Origin: Eledone cirrhosa | Lineage: Eukaryota | DNA length: 64,000 nt | NCBI GenBank assembly: GCA_964016885.1 | Contig: OZ024750.1 | Span: 47,988,001 to 48,052,000 of the forward strand | Direction: 5' to 3' | In this document: positions 18,571 to 32,763 of the stretch, in pieces | How positions within the stretch are numbered: position 1 is the stretch's first letter | Layout of the letters: each line of letters opens with the position of its first letter | Translations under genes and position numbers: made by a program | Notes under the pieces: model-generated | The model's input: only the letters and a program-made list of their open reading frames with translations | What the model was told of the DNA's origin: nothing | The model's database searches: none

Positions 18571-18614
18571 AATCAAAAAGAACAGAAAGATGCAGTAAAA
18601 GAGATTTATTCGGT

Positions 18615-18729
18615 TCTAACGTACGTTTCAATAGACATCAATTTGCCTAGATCTCGTTGCATCTATAATAATATATAGTTAGTAGAGCATTCGACATCCA
18701 ATGCACAATCGATTCCATATCATCAGAGA
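18615..18729 (-). ncRNA. Hammerhead ribozyme in the Naiad 3' region, with a ~90-nt stem II domain
   Basis: tct-CTGATGA-[tatggaatcgatt...aattgatgtctatt]-GAAA-cgtacg-TT-aga, then AATAAA. Stem III ACGTACGT is palindromic. Confidence 0.7.
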
Positions 18730-19115
18730 TTATGTTTACCGTACCAGAATGTTCAGGTTTTTATAGGAATTCATGTGAAGTTGAAGTAGAGAAGAAGGAG
18801 GATGTGACAAAGACGAGAGAGATATCGGGGGGGGGGGGGGTCATGGTTGTTGAGGTAAAACAGAGGGGAGGATAAAATACGATAATGAAGTCTAGATATG
18901 GACTAGTCTAACTGTGTGCGTGCTAGGGAGATGGTAGACGTTGATAGGTTTATGACATATGATAGATGGATACAGGGGAGATTAGGCCGAGTGACTTGTA
19001 AAGTATGAAGGAGGAGATGTTGAATAGAGATGTGGTTAATAGAAGACATAGCAATAATCCATGGGGACAGATACAGGAGGTAGAAGGAAGGTAGAGGAAA
19101 GCAGAAGTCGCAGGA

Positions 19116-21193
19116 TCAAATCAAGCCAGGTTTGTATTTCGAGAACGTAGCCTTGAGTCTGTGATTGCAATATAGAATCCTTTCCGTTCTGTTGTTGAGA
19201 AGAGTATAATTCGATTTTAGTATGTAAAATAGCTCCATATTGCATAATCGGCAGTAAGGCTGGCCTGCACGATATGCGGAAGCACTAGAGAGTTTTGTCC
19301 ATTTCAAAGTGTATTGCAGGTTACTTTCGCGCAACTGCCAAATTGTATTGGCTAAGGTAGTTACGGAACGGTATTTGATGTTCTTCATCGAACTACGGTG
19401 TTGGTACCAACGAGATTTAAAAGTGGTAGAGGTACAGCCGATATAGTGCCATCTCCGGTTATCCGATTCAACGGTGCATTGATACACCGTATTGGATTCC
19501 ATGCATTTGTTATTCAGAGGGCAACGATCAGGTAGGTTGCAGTTGCACTTATCAGCTCTTGTAGTATTATTATCTTGTACAGGTTGCGTTAGGTTTATAT
19601 GTGTTTCTGCTGCAGGAGGGTTTACATTCAGTGGTTGAGAGTTTGAGGAAGTATTAATGTAGTTTGGGGTGCTTCGTGTGGATGTGCTGACTAATCGTTT
19701 GGAGTTAAGTTTTTTAATAATTAGATCGAGATTGGGTGCTGTAGAATATGAAAGCTTAATGGACCTTAGATTTAGTATTTTAGCGTATCGATGTGCAGGA
19801 GGAAAATGTGTTTTGATTATATTGAAGAAAAGTGAAGAAATTTTAGGAGATGTTGAGGCATTGTATATTGGGTTGTACCAAAGGTAGCTACGATTCCGCT
19901 TTCTAGCCAGGTTGCGTTGTGTGCTTCTATTTCGACTATGCCTGTGCGGAAAGTGTATGTTGTGCATCGTACCTATATTATTGTTTATGCTAGTGCGTTG
20001 TGAGCCCTTATTTCTATATTGGTGTGCTGGATCTATGTACTCTATTTTGTCTTGGTATCCAGCCGCCTTAAGCGCGTTATTATAGTAGTAAGCGTGCTCA
20101 CTAAAGACCTGGGGGATAGATGACAGGCGTGATATTCTAAGGGAGATGCCCCGAGTGATAGACCGTATAACCGAGGGTGGATGATTAGATTTATGGTCAA
20201 CATACATAATATTTTCATTAGATTTATGGAATGGGCGGATTTCCCCCGTCTCTAGATTAAATGTTACATCCAAGAAATTTGTTTCAGTCAGTTGTACTCA
20301 AATATGCTGCTAAAACCAAGACTGTTTAAAAATTCGATAACTTGGTTACGTAATCTTTCTATTTTCTGGTTGTTTAGGTGTTTAGCTAAAAGGAGCGCAT
20401 CGTCGCGGTAGATTCCCCCTTGTTGATTGCGGAATTTTTTCTCTAGTGCTTGAGCGATGAAGATGCCCACTACGTCTGTAACTTCGGTCGAATCGTTTGA
20501 GCCCATCGTGATATCAAAGAAAGATGGTCGATCTTTGCGCACCCAGTAGCTATCATCGAACTTAATTATGGTTTTTCTGGCCTCAAGGATGATGCCTATT
20601 TCCGCGTCGGGTAGGCCAGAATTCTCTCCGGCAAACATTAGGGTCTTATGCAGGGTATCGGGTGATATGGAAGAGTATTAGTCGTTTATGTCGAATTGGA
20701 TAAATTTTGATTCATCCCTATCCTTGATATTACTAAACCAACATACCGCCTCCTCAGTATTTGCCCAGAGTTTTATGCCAGTTATCCGTTTTAACTGGGG
20801 GATTACTCTATCTAATATATATTTACTTACTCTACCTATGTCCGATTTCGATGGGCATATTAGTCTAATCTGGGGGTTTGCATGGAATTTGACTTTGTGG
20901 TCCTTTAAATTAAAGGATGGGGTCGCTGGATTTATTGGTTCTGTCCTGTCATCTATACCCAGGTTCTTAACTATTTTGTGTGCCTCATTGGTAATATGTA
21001 TAAGAGTAGATTTACCTGTTTTTTTGTACTTCTTGTGTAGTTCAGTACGGATGAGGTTATTATAGGTGTTTACATCTAGGGTGTACACGTTGGATGTTTT
21101 ATCGGCCTTAATGATAATCATACTGGTATATTTGTGGAGCAGAGGTTTGATGTTCTTTTGTAGTGTATTTTCCTTTCGGCGGTAAAATTTCAA
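19116..21193 (-). pseudogene. Naiad-type PLE RT plus GIY-YIG endonuclease (TAA stop at 20678, frameshift at ~20288)
   Basis: ADKTSNVY, KDHKVKF, FIQFDIND, FDITMGSNDS, GGIYRDD, FLDVTF, SNHPP, CNCNLPDRCPLNNKC, VYQC..WHYIG, CRLC, LLNNRTE..CNHR. Confidence 0.93.
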
Positions 21194-22565
21194 AATCTTA
21201 GAATATCACGCCTGTCATCTACCCCCAGGTCTTTAGTGAGCACGCTTACTACTATAACAACGCGCTTAAGGCGGCTGGATACCAAGACAAAATAGAGTAC
21301 ATAGATCCAGCACACCAATATAGAAATAAGGGCTCACAACGCACTAGCATAAACAATAATATAGGTACGATGCACAACATACACTTTCCGCACAGGCATA
21401 GTCGAAATAGAAGCACACAACGCAACCTGGCTAGAAAGCGGAATCGTAGCTACCTTTGGTACAACCCAATATACAATGCCTCAACATCTCCTAAAATTTC
21501 TTCACTTTTCTTCAATATAATCAAAACACATTTTCCTCCTGCACATCGATACGCTAAAATACTAAATCTAAGGTCCATTAAGCTTTCATATTCTACAGCA
21601 CCCAATCTCGATCTAATTATTAAAACACTTAACTCCAAACGATTAGTCAGCACATCCACACGAAGCACCCCAAACTACATTAACACTTACTCAAACTCTC
21701 AACCACTGAATGTAAACCCTCCTGCAGCAGAAACACATATAAACCTAACGCAACCTGTACAAGATAATAATACTACAAGAGCTGATAAGTGCAACTGCAA
21801 CCTACCTGATCGTTGCCCTCTGAATAACAAATGCATGGAATCCAATATGGTGTATCAATGCACCGTTGAATTATACTCTTCTCAACAACAGAACAGAAAG
21901 GACTCTATATTACAATCACAGACTCAATGCTACGTTCTCGAAATACAAACCTGGCTTCATTTGATCCTGCGACTTCTGCTTTCCTCTATCTTCCTTCTAT
22001 CTCCTCTATCTGTCCCCATGGATTATTGCTATGCCTTCTATTGACCACAACTCCTCTATTCAACATCTCCTCCTACATACTTTACAAGTCACTAATCTCC
22101 CCTGCCTCCATCTATCATATATCATAAACCTATCAACCTCTACCATCTCCCACGCACACACACAGTTGGACTAGTCCATATCTCGACTTCATTATCGTAT
22201 TTTATCCTCCCCTTTGTTTTACTTCAACAACCATGAAAAAAACCCCTATCTCTCTCGTCTTTGTCACATCCTCTTTCTTCTCTACTTCAACTTCAAATGA
22301 ATTCCTATAAAAACCTGAACATTCTGGTACGGTAAACATAATCTCTGATGATACGGAATCGATTGTGCATGGGATGTCGAATGCTCTACTAACTATATAA
22401 TATTATAGATGCAACGAGATTCTTTATACACGCCCCGGAGTATAGCTAAACTGGAATATACACCTATTTTCTACATTTCGTTGAGCACCACTCTGTTGTA
22501 GGCTGACCTTCCCCTACACGGTACATAACACTGTGTCCTGGAAAACCTTGATGCACTCGTGCATA

Positions 22566-22603
<38 letters not shown>

Positions 22604-22743
22604 ATTAACATTTGTCGGAGATTAGTTCATAGGAGCCTTTATTCTTATAGCTTGGTCTAATTGATTTTTTTATATGGTTAATTATGCTAATTGGGCGAGG
22701 AAAAGGTATATATGTTATCTAGTGATTCTATAGACATGTTTTA

Positions 22744-22782
<39 letters not shown>

Positions 22783-22920
22783 GAGGGAGAGAGAGAACAC
22801 ATATCGAGGACATCCCGATTACAGAATCAGGATCGATCGTTCCTCGTGCCGATCGCCACAGAAACGTGTATATGTAATTATTAAATATGAGTCTTTGTTC
22901 CCAATTATTATTATCACCAC

Positions 22921-22988
<68 letters not shown>

Positions 22989-25963
22989 TTATATATATAT
23001 ACAATATTAATAAATGGAAACTATATTTATAAAACCATATTTATTTAATTTACAGGAACTGTTCTCCTAATGAGTCTGTACATGTATCATTTAGTTATGG
23101 GGTTCTTATTTTCCTTTTCCTTTCAATTATAATATATTTCCCTAATCTTACGTAGATTATATGTTCTTCACGCTAGTGGTCTTATACCCCTGTAAATGAA
23201 AACAGACTCTCTTGTTTTGTTCCTCACTATATTGTATTTTGAAGTGCCCAGGAAAACCTTTTCCTTTGAGCTCATTAAATCACAGGGTTATACGCGAGTA
23301 CTTTACTCCGTTGTATCATTTGATATTAGCTCCGTGCGTTTCTGCTTGTCGAGCACTATACATTGAATGGTTATAAGCTGCACTTCCTAGCGGCTTCTTG
23401 TTCTATTCTTACCACAAGTCACCTCCGCACGCACGTATTCTCTTTCCATTTACACCTGGTAGAGGTCAGCTATTTTAGGTCTTCTTAAATGATCGATGGA
23501 CACCTCATGGTTGTCCCGGTGAGCCTATACTAATCTCCTCGTATTTGCACTTTGATAGATTATGGTAATTCGAAATCATTCAATCTGGGAATCGAACTTT
23601 GACAAGATTTGCCTCTCCCTGTCATAATCTTCATTGACACATTGTGAAGTGATATCGAGACTAGCGAGTGTAGGGTCAGTCGGCTGGAATTTGCGGATGA
23701 CAAGCTATTACTTAAATCGTCACAAGGGGATCTGCGACATGTAGTTGTAGGATGCTACGGGTTGCTGCACCTGGGATAGAAATCAGTGCTTCTATGACTG
23801 AGACATTCACCCTACCAAGAAAGCTTGCGCAGTGAACTATACATATGACTGTAGCTTCGCTGAAGCATGTGTATATGAACAAGTATTCCCGGGCCGTCAT
23901 GCGGAGGTATGGAAATCAGGAGTCTGAATTAAATGAAATAATGTAGAAGTTGTTGCAATAAAGCCCTAGCTTGGCATTTGGTCATCAGAAGAAGGGGGTA
24001 GATGTAAAACCCAAATTCACTTTCTTCAATTCGGTATTCGTACCAATCCTTACCTCTGGTCAAGAAATTGTGTAATGACCAACATAATACAAGCATCAAA
24101 ATTGGGTATCTTTGGAGCAACGTGACCCTGATAAGGTAAGTAGCTCGGAGACCTTTGTCTCGCCATCAGAAATCACAGTTCCCATATTACGAACAAGCAT
24201 GTAGAATTTTTCAGAAAAATATCCTTGAAGAGATATTATTGGCAAACCAACCAGCAGTAGACCCCCACCATGGTGTAATAACATACATGTCATCGGCTGT
24301 TCTCTATTACAGATATAGCTGGAACAATGATGAGGATTGGTACTAATAGGAGCCACTGGAAGGCGTGTTTGAGGTCTGTGCCCCAACGATATTCTCAGGA
24401 ATAAGTGGGTGAAAATGAAGAATAGACTAATATGACGACCTCTTTAAAAGACACCACGAAGTAAGTTAATGATAACGTATTGTATCTCTCACAACAAAGA
24501 GATTCCATCTAAAGCCGTTTACTTGGTTGATAGATGATTTCCATCACGGAAATCATCAGCTGTGGACGAGAAAAAACTTTGAATGATAAGAAAAGCTAAA
24601 ACCAAAATATAGAAGACTAAAGAAAAAAAGGAATATTTCTACGTTATTTGATACAATTCATGAATAAATTCATTTTAAATGAGAAATGCGCATTTTCGAG
24701 TCAGAGGTTAAAAGAATAAAAGATAAATGTTGAAAGCAACATTTCATTGAGCTCAAAGAACAAGAAAATTAAAGCGATATGCCTTTGTTGTTTACCTTCC
24801 TTCTCTCCAACTTTTGTTCACATTGCACTGCATTTAAGTTAGGTTTGATGCCTGCCAAGTCGAAAGATGGTCTCCCTGCTTTTGAGAAGAGTAAAATACC
24901 ATTAAGATAACAAGCAGCCTTGCTCACATCTTTGGATCACTCGAGTGTAAAATGTCGATTTGCATGAATGTCTCAGTTAAACAGGAATAAACTGATTCTG
25001 TCAACAGTGACCTATTTTCTGTTTCCTTTTCTTCTATTATTTCTACAATGTTATATATTACTTCATTGTAGTAATGCAAAATTCCACACACACATACACA
25101 GACACATACTTCATTGAACAAATGTATTATGAGAAAAGTAGAAGCTTTCAATATTATATTTACATGGGATGTGATAGCACGTGGACTAATGGTGAGGTTG
25201 GTGGACTCTCGATTAAAATAACTGGAGTTCGAGTAATGGGCATGGAAAGTGGGCAGAATGACTAGTTTCACACTATTTTCCTGATTCTATTGCAGACTCT
25301 ATGATGTTAAAACACAAGTAACCTCATTTGAGATACAACTCCATGGAAAACGAGATAAGTATTCGTAGAATGTGCATTGCCAACACTGCAAAACTGGGAA
25401 AGTATTATATAGCATAAGATGGGCTGAGGGACATTGTAAAAACAGAACACAACTTACATGGGTGAGGCAGCCCGTAGCATAGAATAAATAATAAATGAAT
25501 ACTGGTGACAAGATGAGAATAACTGATCAGTACTCTACCAACATGCACATTTGGAACATGGGGGCATACTAGAAAACATAGAAATAAAAAGTATATCCAC
25601 ACAAAGAAAAGACGTAATGCTAAGACAAATTACAGAAGCAACAAACCAACATTAAACAGAAAACATGAGTGCAATAGCAACATCACAACTAGTAATTGAG
25701 AAGAAATCGAAGACCTACAGATACACACAAAATAACAAATCAGTCACTGAAGGTATCACATATTGAGTGACGAAAGAGCTTTAACAATATATAAAGAACA
25801 ATCCCGTTATTGAACCAACCAACCGGACATTTGTAAAAAGTTGAAGTGAAAATCAACAGATGCGTGGGTTTATTTATTGGTGCATGACTCTCCGAAAGTA
25901 TAACACATTACCTATATATTATATACATATATATATTATATACATATATATATTATATACATA

Positions 25964-26051
<88 letters not shown>

Positions 26052-26105
26052 GTAAACTCACACCACACACTCTCTCTCCCTGACACACACACTTATTATT
26101 TATAA

Positions 26106-26136
<31 letters not shown>

Positions 26137-26850
26137 AATATATGAAAATAGGGAGAAAGAAGAGATGATTATTAGGAAGAACATATATTTCTTTCCCTTT
26201 ATATTTTTCTCTTTTTTTCCGGGTTAGAAAATGTTTAAAACAAAATATTAATATTTTACTGTGTGTGAAGTGGTAAGGTATTACTTAATTTATTTATGAA
26301 TTAACAATGGCATATATTTATTTATTTATATATTACTAATTGTCTATTACTGGTTTCAGCATTTTATGCATTACCAAAGGGCGGAATTTGTATGGGTATA
26401 AAATGTTGGAGAGAAAATAATGTGATGTTGAACAGAATAATATGATTTACAAACCAGGTTTTTGATGTAAAATAAAAAATAAGAAATAGGGGGGTGATGT
26501 GGAACATGATAAGGTAATGGGAAAGAAGAAATAATATTATTTACAGGCATAGTTCTTGAGGATAAGCAGTTCAAAATGTGTTATTATGGCAAGAGCGTTT
26601 GGTTGGTCCATAATGGAGGCAAATGGTAGTCTGGGGTTTTATATGATTTTCCTTTTTAGAGAGTTAATATGCAGTGGGGGGGGGGGTAATTCAGCGTGGT
26701 CAGATAGGGGAGAGAGAAATGAGACCGGGTAATTCATTTATATAAGAAAAAGGATTATGTAGGGTGTAAGGGAGGTAACTACTTATAGAGCATAGGAATT
26801 GTTCGTTCCTGTTTTAGTTTAGTCCGAAGCTTAGCCCACTAAGTAGCGGT

Positions 26851-27219
26851 TGGCTGAAAATCATGAATGTTTGATACTTATAGAATTCTAGTAATAATCA
26901 GGAACTGCTTGACCGGCAACCGCTCTGTATAATCAGCTCCTGATTATTACTAGAATTATATAAGAATCAAACACTCATGATTTTCAGCGAACAGGCGGAG
27001 TACTTAGCTTTGATAAGCACCAACAAGTGCGAAACAGAGCACTGTCAGCTTTATCTCCCTTGTTTGTTGAAAATTAAAGTAAGTGAGACTGTCACTACTC
27101 TAAAACAATAGCGTAAGTTCTTCGAAATGCTTTTAATTAAACATACAGTGTATTGCAAAATACACTATATATACATTCATATATATATATCGCTATTTCA
27201 GAGAGCACCAATTCTAATT
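26851..27219 (+). mobile_element. Retrozyme-like element, family A2, with a short inverted 5' arm
   Basis: 26851-26907 is the reverse complement of 26933-26992. Homologous to 11805-12310 and 50045-50453. Ends ccaattctaatt-(TA)n. Confidence 0.82.
27006..27050 (+). ncRNA. Type I hammerhead ribozyme with U3-A8 core variant
   Basis: agct-TTGATAA-gcac-caacaa-gtgc-GAAA-cag-agca-ctg-TC-agct: three stems intact, GUC cleavage triplet. Confidence 0.82.
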
Positions 27220-27385
27220 GTATATATATATATATATATTATATTCTCCGAGGGTTCTTAAATAATTTTCTTTACTTTCTTTTGTCAAAATACGGCGATA
27301 GCTTATATTTATAATTTCAAACTCACTCGCTGGTTCGAAAATATTCTTACATATATAAATATATATATTTTTATATTTATATATG

Positions 27386-27469
<84 letters not shown>

Positions 27470-27887
27470 GAGGGAAAGATATATATCAAATGTAGACAGA
27501 GGATGAAAGAGGGACAGTCAAATAGTTAAACATTGAAAAGTGAGGAAGCGATCAAAAAATAGATATTAACTGAAGAATGACGCAAGAAGGAAAAACAAAG
27601 TGCATAAAGCTGGCTGCGAAGCCGAAAGAAATGAATGAGACAATCTGAGATATGTCGTTGTTGTGGGTGTAAGGTTGGTTAGTTTAAAGCATCTCAAAAG
27701 AAATGAATTTCAGTGTGTGAACTATGTACATTGTTTTATAGTAAGACATGGATTTAAATCAATATTTGAAAAGAACTAAGAAACGAAATAGCTAGACACA
27801 CACGCACTTGCACACATACATAAACACTCTCTCTCTCTCTCTCCTTCTCTCTCTCTCCCTATATCTCGCTTTCTCTCTCTCTCTCTC

Positions 27888-27931
<44 letters not shown>

Positions 27932-27934
<3 letters not shown>

Positions 27935-28005
27935 TAAAATAACAGATTAAAGTTTAAGCAAATAATCGCTGCTTTCACCCTTAACGGGATCTTCTGAAAC
28001 TAAAT
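27932..28005. repeat. Dispersed ~75-bp TA-adjacent repeat (also 32228, 32590, partly 58277)
   Basis: attaaaataacagattaaagtttaagcaaa(g/t)aatcgctgctttcacccttaacgggatcttctgaaactaaa recurs and always starts at a TA tract. Confidence 0.8.
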
Positions 28006-28079
28006 ATTTGCTCTACGGTTCTTATATATTTGATATATATTTATCCTCTTTGGACTTTAGTCTTCAAGTTTATTATTAT

Positions 28080-28180
<101 letters not shown>

Positions 28181-29539
28181 TGTATGCCTGTTTGTTTGTG
28201 TGTGTGAGTGTGTATAAATATATTTACATAAGTCAATCGTTTTATAGTTATATATATATATAAAACTGGAAATACAAGTGTTATTGTTGTGTGTTATTGG
28301 AACAGAAAATATACGAGATAATTGCCATGGAAATGATGTTGATAATCGAAATGATGGCAATGTGGTTATTAGTGACGAGGATGTAGATATTGATAATGGT
28401 GTCTATAGTGTTAATGGCAGCTATATTTAAGATGTTGATAATTGTGCCGTTGTTGATAATGTCAATGCTGTGTTGACGTAGGCATTGCAGCCTGCCTATA
28501 TTGAAAATATGTGTTAGTTGGTTGATTAGAAATATTGTGATGGTGGTATTGACTGCTGGGTTGGCGTAGCGTTATAGTGAACTATTAAACTGTTTGTATG
28601 AGTTATCTGTCACTGAAGATTAAGATTGTAGGATATATAAATGAATAATCATAATAGAAATAGAAGTTGTACCTATTGATAAGCTTCAGCAGTACATGTC
28701 ATGAAAAGATCTTGACACTTGAATAACTGTTTGCTGATAACGTTTGTAGTAAATAAACAAATGAATAATACAATATTACAAAATTGCTCATCACTACTAG
28801 TAATAATAAAGATGATTTCGTGATTTGAAATGCTTAAGCTATGTAGGAAATCTTAAACTCGGGAAACAACTATTATTAACACACAATAGCATAAAAATCT
28901 GGTAAAATGATTCTATGAATGCAAAAGGTTTGCAGCAGACGCTACAGAAAATGGAAAGCCAATTTCGAATTTTGTGTGATACAGAATTAGATCCTCTGTC
29001 TCGACAGCTGCCCACTGCCTGCGTTTCTAAACTATTGTTTATGGCAATCAACCGTGTTAAAATTGACTTTCTTTGTTCAAGATTTTCTAAATAATTATTT
29101 CATTTAATTGTGAAAGTATGATCAGATACGCTAAGCATTACAATGACTACAATACGAAATTAGATGCTTACATAGAAAGTGGAAGAAACAAAAATAGGAA
29201 TTTTAATTTACTAGACCTTTTTTCAAAACTCTGAGACCTGTGTGCGTATATTGTTGTAAACGTGCAAACACACATACACTCACACACAAGTGTAATGAAT
29301 GTTAGACGTTGTTCTCCGTAGATTGTCATTAGCCTTTCCTTAATCATCTTTAGTGCGTGACGTCATTACCCTTCCTTCCTCAATCATCTCTTGTATGTGA
29401 CGTCATCACCCTTCCTTCCTCAATCATCTCTAGTGTTTGACGGAAGGTTTATATGTAAAAAAAGAAGTCCAACAATTTAAGGGAAGAAAAGATCTTTAGT
29501 ATCGTCTCTAGTTATTGATTTTTACAGAGCAATTAGTTT

Positions 29540-30000
29540 ATAATTTAGGCATAAAACGTAAGGTAAATTTGAACTTGCCGAGTGTTTTAGCTTAACGTAA
29601 AAAGCCAGAACAAAAGAGACAATATCTTTTTTCCGGGGAACAAACTATTTTGCCATCCACCGCCATCTGTATTTTATTTTAGGCACAACACTACAATTTT
29701 AAGAGAGAGAAAATTCGATTAAATTGACCCCAGTAATTCACTGGTATTTTTTTTTTATAGTACATGCAAGGATAAAAACAAAAATTGACCTCGATTGAAT
29801 TTTCTCCAATGCACTAATGCTTCTACCAATTCATGATGCCTCATCATAAGAATAATGGTTTCTCAATTAAACACAAGACCAACAATTTATTGTTGAAGAG
29901 AAAATCAATTAAATGTCCCCAGTACGATACTGGTACTGTATTTTAGCGACTCCAGAAGGATGAAATGTTATGTTGAACTTAGTAGGATTTGAAAACAGAA
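29540..30000 (-). mobile_element. Cluster of old diverged SINE copies (same superfamily)
   Basis: Degenerate ttaggcacaa / gaccccagta..ctggta / aggatgaaa motifs. A similar cluster lies at 62460-62760. Confidence 0.55.
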
Positions 30001-31632
30001 TGTGGATTCCTTCTCAATACCTATATAGAAGCTATCCACGCGTCTATTCACACATGTTCTATTCGGGTTGACTTTACACCATAGTGCAACCAATACCTCA
30101 CGAGTCCATCTTTCATTATTCAACACATGAATTGTGTCCTTCCATAGTCGTGTTCCAAACTTCTTCCCGTTATTTTACTTCCAGAATGGTCAACATCTGG
30201 ATATCCCTTCTTCGCACTTTTTTTCTGGCGTCATACATTTGCAGATGTTCTAGAAATATTTGAAACAATTCAATTTACTGACCTTTGAAACTTGAACATT
30301 TTGTTCCTGACAAACCCATTAAGAATGATTATAACCTTCTCTATATAATAGGTCAAAAACCCGGAATACATATGAACAAAACGCAAATTGCGTTGGCAAC
30401 AATTAATCTGCAGGCAACGTCATAGACATTTCAATAAATTCATTTACAGTAAAGAAAGTATTTAAACTTTAAAGTTGTTGCCGTTGGAAAAATCGAACAA
30501 AAGCTATGGGCACATAAAATAATTCAATTGCCAGATAGCAGGTTGTTATTTGTTTTTGCAGAATAATTTATACGACCTCTATTTCAGAGTAGGTTCGGAG
30601 CAATTTATTGCAGATAATCTTTATATTTCTAACCTTCCTATTTTCTGCGGTAATCTAACGTTCATATTCGTACAAAATGTATATATCTTTGAAGCTATAA
30701 CTGTAAACGGTATTCCTTCTATAATATTTATCTCCTTTGGCAGTTAATAAAAATTCTATCGCTGTTCGATATGATATTATGAGAATTGGTTGTCTTTCGT
30801 TTCCGTTGTTGTTACTGCAGCTGTTATTCAGCAAAATGTTGTTTCATTTCTCCCAACTTGTTCTATATCTCCATCATATGCTCATGCTTTGCGACAGATA
30901 AGTTTCTGCTATGATAAATACACATCTTAGCATTGCAGAGAAAGATAGGTTTAGGAGACATCAAGAGGACCATTTGTAATGTTTATTTTCATTCTATGAG
31001 ACTACTTACTGACATGTTTCATAAAACAATACCTTATCATAATCATTCGTATCTTTTCCGCATGGTTATCATGTGTTGATGCTCCCTTTTCAAATAACAG
31101 TAGAACCTCCTTAGATGTAACGCATTTGTTAATGACGTGTAGACGTACCTCATACCACGATTTAAAAACACAATCTGAGCCTTTTGATTGTAGGCCATGC
31201 TATATAATGTCTAAAAATGAAAGAGAATGAGAACTTATGGAATTTCTTTGAACTTGTATGTCTTATAGATGCGAGAAGACAACCACTTGCAAATATATTC
31301 ACACCGTCATATTCATTGTCACACAAGGTACACAGACACATATGGTATATATATATATACATATATGTATGTAATCTGCTGGCGAGTAATCCAGTAAAAT
31401 CCATAGAAAGGTTCCGTGTTCCGCTAAGTTAATTCTTTAGATTGAGTGTCTGATATTCGGTATTAATTTAACAATGAATATAATAACAACAATAGGCAAG
31501 TTATTGTACCTATTGATATCATTGATGATCAAACCTCCGAAACCATCGTAACACAATAATATGAATAGGTTAAATAACTTGAATTGTTTTTATTATTTTC
31601 ACTTTTAAATCAATACCTAATGTATATATATA

Positions 31633-32710
31633 CGAGCAGAATGGCCCGACGTTGCTCGGGATTTGCTCTAGGGTTCCTATATATTTGATATATACTTATC
31701 ACCTCGTGAAATAAATACGTTTGTTTATATTTTATTATTGTGTATGCAAACATATCTGCACACATGAACTTTGATTATTGTAATCTATATATATATATAT
31801 ATATATAACAGTACACAGAAGTACGGAATATCTCGGCCCGGCGATGTTGTCTGCACTTTAGGCGTATAAAAAAATGAATCGTAGATTACCAGGGGGTTTT
31901 TTCGTGCGAAGAAAATCCATATTTTATCGCGAAATAAATACGTTTGTTTATATATTGTTATTGTGTATGCAAAACTATCTGTACACATAAATATAATTAT
32001 ATATATATATATATATATATAACAGTACAGAGAAGTACGGAATGCCTCGGCCCGGCGATGTTGTCTACACTTTGTGCCTATAAAAAAAATTAATCGTAGA
32101 TTACCAGTGTTTTTTTCCGTGCGAAGAAAATCAATATTTAATCGGGAAATAAATACGATTGTTTATATTTTGTTATTGTGTATGCAAACATATATGTACA
32201 CGAATATATAATTATATAAATATATATATTAAAATAACAGATTAATGTTTAAGCAAAGAATCGCTGCTTTCACCCTTAACGGGATCTTCTGAAACTAAAA
32301 ATATCAATCTGTGAATGCAGAAGTAAATATTTCGATAAAGGTTACACACTATATATATATATATAAACACACACCATATATATACATGTATACACGCACA
32401 CACCCTCACACACATATAGCTACGTCATAATGTCGTAATGCAGACTGCTAGAGATACAAACAGATATTATAAGGGCGCATCGTTATATCAATGTATCTAT
32501 CTAAAAAGAGAAAGACTAAGAATTATAGAGAAAGATCGCTAATTCGCCAAATGCCGTACACGAATATATAATTATATATATATATATATATTAAAATAAC
32601 ATATTAAAGTTTAAGCAAAGAATCGCTGCTTTCCCCCTTAACGGGATCTTCTGAAACTAAAATATTAAATCTGTGAATGCGGAAGTAAATATTTCGAAAA
32701 TCGTTACACA

Positions 32711-32763
<53 letters not shown>

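Larger units (their letters stand above)
18567..22420 (-). mobile_element. 5'-truncated Naiad-type Penelope-like element with a 1.2-kb inverted copy of its 3' part
   Basis: ORF on the minus strand at 19116-21193; 3' region 18567-19115 abuts (TA)n. 21197-22420 is the reverse complement of 18641-20140 with an internal ~260-bp deletion. Confidence 0.92.

Noticed and set aside
20273-20690. Possible selenocysteine read-through in the Naiad ORF (some Naiads encode Sec)
   Set aside because: The stop at 20678 is TAA. The TGA at 20288 arises from a 1-bp frameshift, because the downstream NFLDV is in another frame.
23200-25900. GC-richer stretch with short ORFs
   Set aside because: No recognisable protein motif in the ORFs examined. 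Probably an old repeat, but it cannot be assigned.
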